Source: Rebecca billardiae RCC1528
Taxonomy: Eukaryota > Protista > Haptophyta
Assembly (NCBI GenBank): GCA_965240325.2
Contig: OZ251250.1
Span: 1-64,000, forward strand
Direction of reading: 5' to 3'
Length of the DNA: 64,000 nt
Shown here: positions 58,705-64,000 of the stretch, piece after piece
Layout: the number at the start of each line of letters is the position of its first letter
Numbering within the stretch: position 1 is the first letter of the stretch
Program-made: the position numbers and the translations under genes
The notes under the pieces: generated by a model
Told to the model about the DNA's origin: nothing
Databases searched by the model: none
Seen by the model: only the letters and a program-made list of their open reading frames with translations

Positions 58705-59548
58705 CCGCCTGGTTTGGACTGCGGCCTGTGCGCTGGGGAGTCCGGAGGGTCGCGGTGGGCAGCCCTCTCCTCTGACCTCTCTGTTCAGTGCTCTGCTGCG
58801 ACCGCGGCGCCACGCGCACGCCCCGTCGCGCCACGCCCTCGCCCGACGGCCGCTGCTGACCAGCAGCCCCGACGGAGCGCGGCCGGGGCAGCGACTCGCG
58901 CAGCCGCGCGGCCAATGACTATCGGACTGGCCCGGTCGGGACCGTGTTCAGTCACGGAGAGTGTGACCGGGCGGCCGCGCCCGGCGGCCAGCTGCGTGGC
59001 CCCGGTCCCGCCGTCGCCGAGGGAGCCACATGGGGCCGCCGCGCTGCTGCGCGAGGCGCGTCGACGCGGGCTGCGCGCGAGGGCGCCGCGCGGACAGCTG
59101 CAGCGTGTGCACTACTCTGCCCGAGCCGCCGCGCTGCCGGGCCGGGCCGCCGGGGCCGAAGATTAGCCGGCCCTGCTCAGACTCGCCGGGCTGCGCCTGC
59201 GGCCGAGCGCGGCGAAGCGCGATCCTCTCCGGCGCCGAGGCCTCGGCGGCCCACAGACACTCGGGCTACGCTCCCGAGTACCTGGCGGCGCGCCGCCCCC
59301 TCGTCCACCCACAACAGGGCTGCGCGGCCGCCATCGTCCCGCTCCCAGCGCAAGTCCGGGCGTGCGGCCAGCGAGAATCGCGAAGCGGCGTCGCGGCGCC
59401 CGCCGACTGCCGGCGGGTTGGTGGCTGCGCCTCGACCCCCGCCCGCTCGGCTGCTCGCTCGAGCGGCGCGCGTCGCCCCCGGCCCGCCCGGCCCGCCCCC
59501 CGCGCCGCGCCGCGCCGCCCCTCGCCGCTCCCGGCGAGGGGCCCGACC

Positions 59549-60195
59549 ATGTCCTTCCGCAAGGAGCTCGCCGTCTCCACGCAGGCGCCCGTCGGCAAGA
59601 AGGACCTGAAGAAGCTGCGCAAGGACGTGGCCGACGAGTTTCCCGAACTTTCCGACGCCGAGCTGAGCGCGCTGCTGCCGCTGGGCGCGGAGTGGAACGC
59701 GCTCAAGCTGAAGGGGTCGGGCACGGTGCTCTACCAGATCACCGGCCGCCCGCCCGCGCTCTTCGACCTCGAGGGCCGCGGCGACCTCTGGCCGACACTA
59801 TACACGCTCTGGGCGCTGCCGCATATGCTGCCCGCCGTCACGACGCACGCGCCCGTGTCGCGGCACCTGCTCAAGGGCGCCGACCTGATGCTGCCCGGCG
59901 TGATCGTGCCCGACGGCGGCCTCCCGCCCTTCCCCGCCGGCGCCAAGCGCTGCATCGCCGTCGCGGGCAACCCGTCGCCCGTCGCGGTCGGCACGATGGA
60001 AGTGTCGGCTGCCGGGGCGGCTGCCGCCGAGTTCAAGGGGAAGGCGATGGCGGTGGTGCACGTGTACCGCGACGCGCTCTGGTCGTTCGGCGGGCGCGCC
60101 GCGCCCAACGCCGGCTTCGGCCTCGAGGAGGTCGCCGAGTGCGCCGACGCGCCCGCGGCCGACGGCGCCGCCGGTCTGCTCGCTGGGCTGGTGCT

Positions 60196-60262
<67 letters not shown>

Positions 60263-62148
60263 GAGGAGGAGGAGGAGGGCGAGGGCGGCGGGGCGGACGA
60301 CGCGGCGGACGACGCGGCGCGCGAGGCGGCCGCCGTCGCCCGCCTCTCCGCCCTCCCGATGGACGCGCTCCTCCTCGAGACTCTGCTGAATGCGCTGCAC
60401 AGCTCACTGGCGGACGACAAAGCGCTGCCCATCGACGCGGCCGACGTCTACCAGGTGAGTAGAGCCATTACCCGGGCTTGTTAGGGGGATTACCCTGTTT
60501 TACCCGGGTTGCGTGCGGGCGCGCGCCGCGCGGGCGGTGGGGCCCTGCGGAGGTGCGGCTGTGTGGGCGTGGGGGCGGGGAGGGACGCGCGCAGTGTGCG
60601 CGCGCGCGCTCACTCGCCGCCACGCCACGCCCGCGCCGCCCCGCGCGCATGCCGCGCGGCCGCGCGCGCCGCGCGCCGTGCGCAGAAGCACATGCAGCCC
60701 GCCAAGCCGCCGTCGGTGACGCTCGACGCGAAGAAGTCGACGCACAAGCAGGTCGCCAAGTTCTTCAAGGCGCAGCAGAAGGCCAAGCTGCTCACCACCA
60801 AGGAGCACAAGGGTGAGTCCGAGCCAAACCCTAACCCTACACCCTACACAACCCTAACCCTACACCCTAACCCTACACCCTACAAACCTAAGCGGCGCCG
60901 CTCGGCGGGGGCGACGGTGGCTGGGGCGCGGCGCGGCGGTGGCGGGCGCGGTGGAGGAGGAGTCGCGGGCGCGGGCGGGTGGGGAGGGCACGGGCGGGCG
61001 TGGCGTCGGCCGCGCCTGCCCCGCGGGGGCTCAGCGGGCGGCGGGTGGACGCGGCCGGCGCGCGACCGCGCCCGCGTGCCGCCGCGCGTCGCGCGGGCAG
61101 CGGCCGAGCGCGCGCTGAGACGCGCTGCGCCGCGGCGCGCCTTCGCCCCGCGCGCGGCCGGCAGGCGACATCAAGGTGGTCGGCGTCGACCGCGCGCACG
61201 CGCTGTACACCGCGCACGCCGTCTCGTGGCCGATCGAGCGCAAGGCCGGCGCGGCGGGCGGCGCGGGCGGCGCTGACACGGACGGTCGCGGTGCGCTGGA
61301 GGCGGAGCTGGCCGCCGTGACGCGCTCGGCGCCGCCGCGGATCCGGGAGCTGTACGGCCCGACGCACTACCTCGAGAAGCTCTGGCTGGCGCAGGGGCAG
61401 CCCAAGAGCGCGCTGCTCCCGCGCGAGGAGGCGGAGGAGCTGCTCCTCGCCTACATCGACAAGCACGGGCTGGGCGCGGCCGCGCCCGCCGCGGCCGAAG
61501 GCGGCGGCGGTGGCGGCGCGGAGGGCGAGGCCGAGGAGGAGGAGGCGGTGACGCTGGACGACCTGCTGATCGAGACGCTGTACAAGGTGGCGGGCCAGCG
61601 CAAGACGCGCGACGAGTACCCGCAGGCCGCGCCGCTCTCCGAGGTCGAGGTGGGCCGCGCGCGGCGCTCGGCGCGCGGCGCGCGGCGCGCGGCGGGCGGC
61701 GGGCGACTCCGCGCGGTGCGACGCGGCGCGGCGCGCCGCGCTGTGGCGTGATGGGGCCGCGCCCCGCCCCCGCCCCGCCCGCGCCCTGCCGCCGCCCCTT
61801 CAGGCCAAGTTCGGCGAGCGGCTGCAGCTGTGGCACAGCGTCGAGGTCGACGGCCTCGAGCCGCGCGCCAAGAAGGGCCCGCTGCCACGCGTGCTGATCG
61901 CAGCCGGCCGCGCGGCGGGGCACAACAAGACGACCGTCTCCGGACTCGAGACGTTCCGGGTGGACCCGGACGAGCTCGCGCGGTACGGCAAGAAGCTGTT
62001 CAACTGCACCGCGTCGGTGGCGGAGCTGCCCGGGAAGCACAACCACGACAAGGAGGTCACGCTGCAGGGCCACTGCCTGCGCGAGCTGCACGAGCACCTC
62101 ATCCGCGTGTACAAGATCCCCAAGGAGCACATCGAGGTGAAGCGCTGA
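59549..62148 (+). CDS. EIF2D: Eukaryotic translation initiation factor 2D (ligatin): pre-PUA/PUA ... SWIB-like ... SUI1; exons 59549-60454, 60686-60812, 61165-61649, 61804-62148
   Basis: KKDLKKLRK, LWPTLYTLW, HLLKGADLMLPGV, GKAMAVVHVYRDALW, LDAKKSTHKQVAKFFK, TLDDLLIETLY, and C-terminal SUI1 (TTVSGLETF...CTASV...EVTLQGH). The GT-AG introns restore the frame. Confidence 0.92.
60197..60277 (+). repeat. (GGC)n followed by (GAG)n trinucleotide repeat, encoding poly-Gly/poly-Glu in eIF2D
   Basis: About 21 GGC codons followed by 6 GAG codons. Confidence 0.95.
60826..60892. repeat. Degenerate telomere-like (CCCTAA/CCCTACA) repeats in eIF2D intron 2
   Basis: aaaccctaaccctacaccctacacaaccctaaccctacaccctaaccctacaccctacaaacctaa. 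Confidence 0.75.
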
Positions 62149-62710
62149 CTCAGAATGCACTCAGTGACTGCCTGACTAGCAGCGTCTGGCACGCACTGCT
62201 GATAGGAGCTAGCGCAGTAAGCAGCGCAGCATCGTCGTCGCTGATCCGCGAGCCCGCGGAGCAGGCGAGCAGCAGCCGCACTCGGCGCGTTATACGCGGT
62301 ACGACGTCACTACCCGCGGGGTACCCGTGATGACTAGGCCGCTTGCGCGGCACGGCTCGGATGCTGCTACTGCGCGCGCCGGCGCTCAGTGACTCAGTAT
62401 CTGCTGACGTGACTCACTCGGATCGCGGCCGACGGCGCCGCGCGATCTCGGCTCGGCGGCATTGATGACTCGTCCGGCCGCGTGCCGCGCCGCCTACATC
62501 AAGCTGCTAGCTATAAAGTCTGACGAGATCGGCAGACTACTGTACTACACGACGAGCCGTGACCGTATAAACTGCGGGTACTACTAAAGCGCCCGTATGC
62601 CCCGCTCGGATATGGCCGCGGCCCGCGGCCCGCGTTTACGTTATCTGTGACTACGCGCCCCGAGTCTGACGGCCACGCCGCGCGCGAGCAGTATGCAGCA
62701 GGCCGCTGCG

Positions 62711-62810
62711 NNNNNNNNNNNNNNNNNNNNNNNNNNNNNNNNNNNNNNNNNNNNNNNNNNNNNNNNNNNNNNNNNNNNNNNNNNNNNNNNNNNNNNNNNN
62801 NNNNNNNNNN
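62711..62810. other. Assembly gap (100 N)
   Basis: Run of 100 N. Confidence 1.
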
Positions 62811-64000
62811 GCCGCCGCGCTGGCGGACGAGCCGCTGTCGGCGCGCCCGGCGGCTTCGTCGGGGATACCGTCGGGCCCGGCCGAGCTCGAGCCGCCGGTC
62901 CCTTCGTTGGCACCACCGACCTCCGCCGCGCGGCTGGGCTCCCTCCGGCCTGTCGAGTCGAAGGCTCGCAGCGAGCGGCCACAGGATGCGCTCGACATCC
63001 TGAGTGCTGCCGCGGGCAGCGGCAGCGGCTCACCTTCGGGCACCACACCAGACGGCGGCGCCGCCGGAAGGCGGCACTCGCCCGGCACACTGGACCCGGA
63101 CGCTGGCTCGAGCAAGGGCGAAGATCCGTTCCTCGGCACGCCAGACAGCAAGGGCGACTCCGGCTCAGAGCGCTCGCTCCTCGGTGCTCTCCCGCCGCTC
63201 GGCGGCAAGCGCGGCGGCTCGGCCATGTCCAGCCTTGCAGGGCTGCCGCCACTTGGCGGCCCGGGCCACGCGAGCGCGCCACAGCCGGAGGGCGGCCTGG
63301 GCGGGTCGGCCCTGCAGCCGGCGGCGGAGAAGAAGATCCTCCTGCCCGGCGAGTCTCCGGACGACGGCAACGAGGAGGACATGCAGCGGCTGCGTGCCAT
63401 CGAGCGCAAGCTGCGTGAGATGCAAGCCGAGAGCCCGCCGCCGCCGCCGCCGCGGCCGGCGCAGCAGCACGACGCAGCGAGCGCCAAGCCAGCAGCTGCG
63501 CCTGCCGCCGCGCCGACCGTGCCGCCCAGAGAACAGGAGGCCAAGGTGAGCGCCAGCCCACGCCCCGCTGCACGCCAATACGCGCCCGCCCTCGCGTCGC
63601 CCGCGCCACCGCCACAGCCCCAACCCTGACCTGCGCGCCCCGGCCCGCACTCACCTTTCGCGCCTCCGCAGCCGCCGCCCGCGCCTGCCGCTCATGACGA
63701 CGACGATCTCGTGCTGGAGGACGACATCGCGGAGGAGATCGAGTCGCTCGAGGCCGACTCGTACCACTCGGACGCGGACGACTTTGAGGCCGAGTCGGAT
63801 AAGTCCGACGGGAAGTGGGTGCGTAGCGCACGCCTGCCGCGAAGCCGAGCGCCCACCCCCTCGGTCTGCGCGCGACGGGATGCGCAGCTTACGCGTCCGT
63901 GCGCACGCCTTCGCGCGGAACGCCATGCAATCGCCAGTAGAACCACGACAAGTCATTTGACCAGAGCCTTGAGGACTCGCGCATCAACGAAGACGGCTTT
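62811..64000 (+). CDS. Partial low-complexity hypothetical protein; probable exons <62811-63545, 63672-63818, 63965->64000
   Basis: Frame is open from the gap and includes LPPLGG x2 and a short coiled coil. GT-AG introns lead to an acidic exon (DDDDLVLEDDIAEEIESLE) and then SLEDSRINEDGF. Confidence 0.6.

Overview
Very GC-rich eukaryotic genomic DNA with GT-AG introns rich in (GC)n. The signal peptide + transit peptide on a plastid protein points to an alga with a complex plastid; a haptophyte such as Pavlovales is an inference. Single-copy genes flank the window. Left: a 4-exon membrane hybrid histidine kinase, a 3-exon COX7C-like micro-gene and a GT32 glycosyltransferase. Right: CSP41a, eIF2D and a partial gene after a 100-N gap. 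Between them (~7-55.4 kb) lies a tandem cluster of nine intact, intronless F-box + RCC1-repeat (beta-propeller) genes. Their scaffold is near-identical, but the G-x-x-H and G-x-N-x-x-G loop positions are hypervariable and sequence blocks are shuffled between paralogs. This looks like a diversifying repertoire of SCF substrate receptors and is the best candidate for an undescribed system. The intergenic spacers of the cluster are loaded with DNA transposons whose TIRs and TSDs can be read directly: a 10-copy head-to-tail 2090-bp array of a Merlin-like element, a triple-nested insertion, a TA-target element and a Galileo-like foldback element. None of them interrupts an F-box/RCC1 ORF. A further TIR element carrying gene-like cargo sits between CSP41a and eIF2D.
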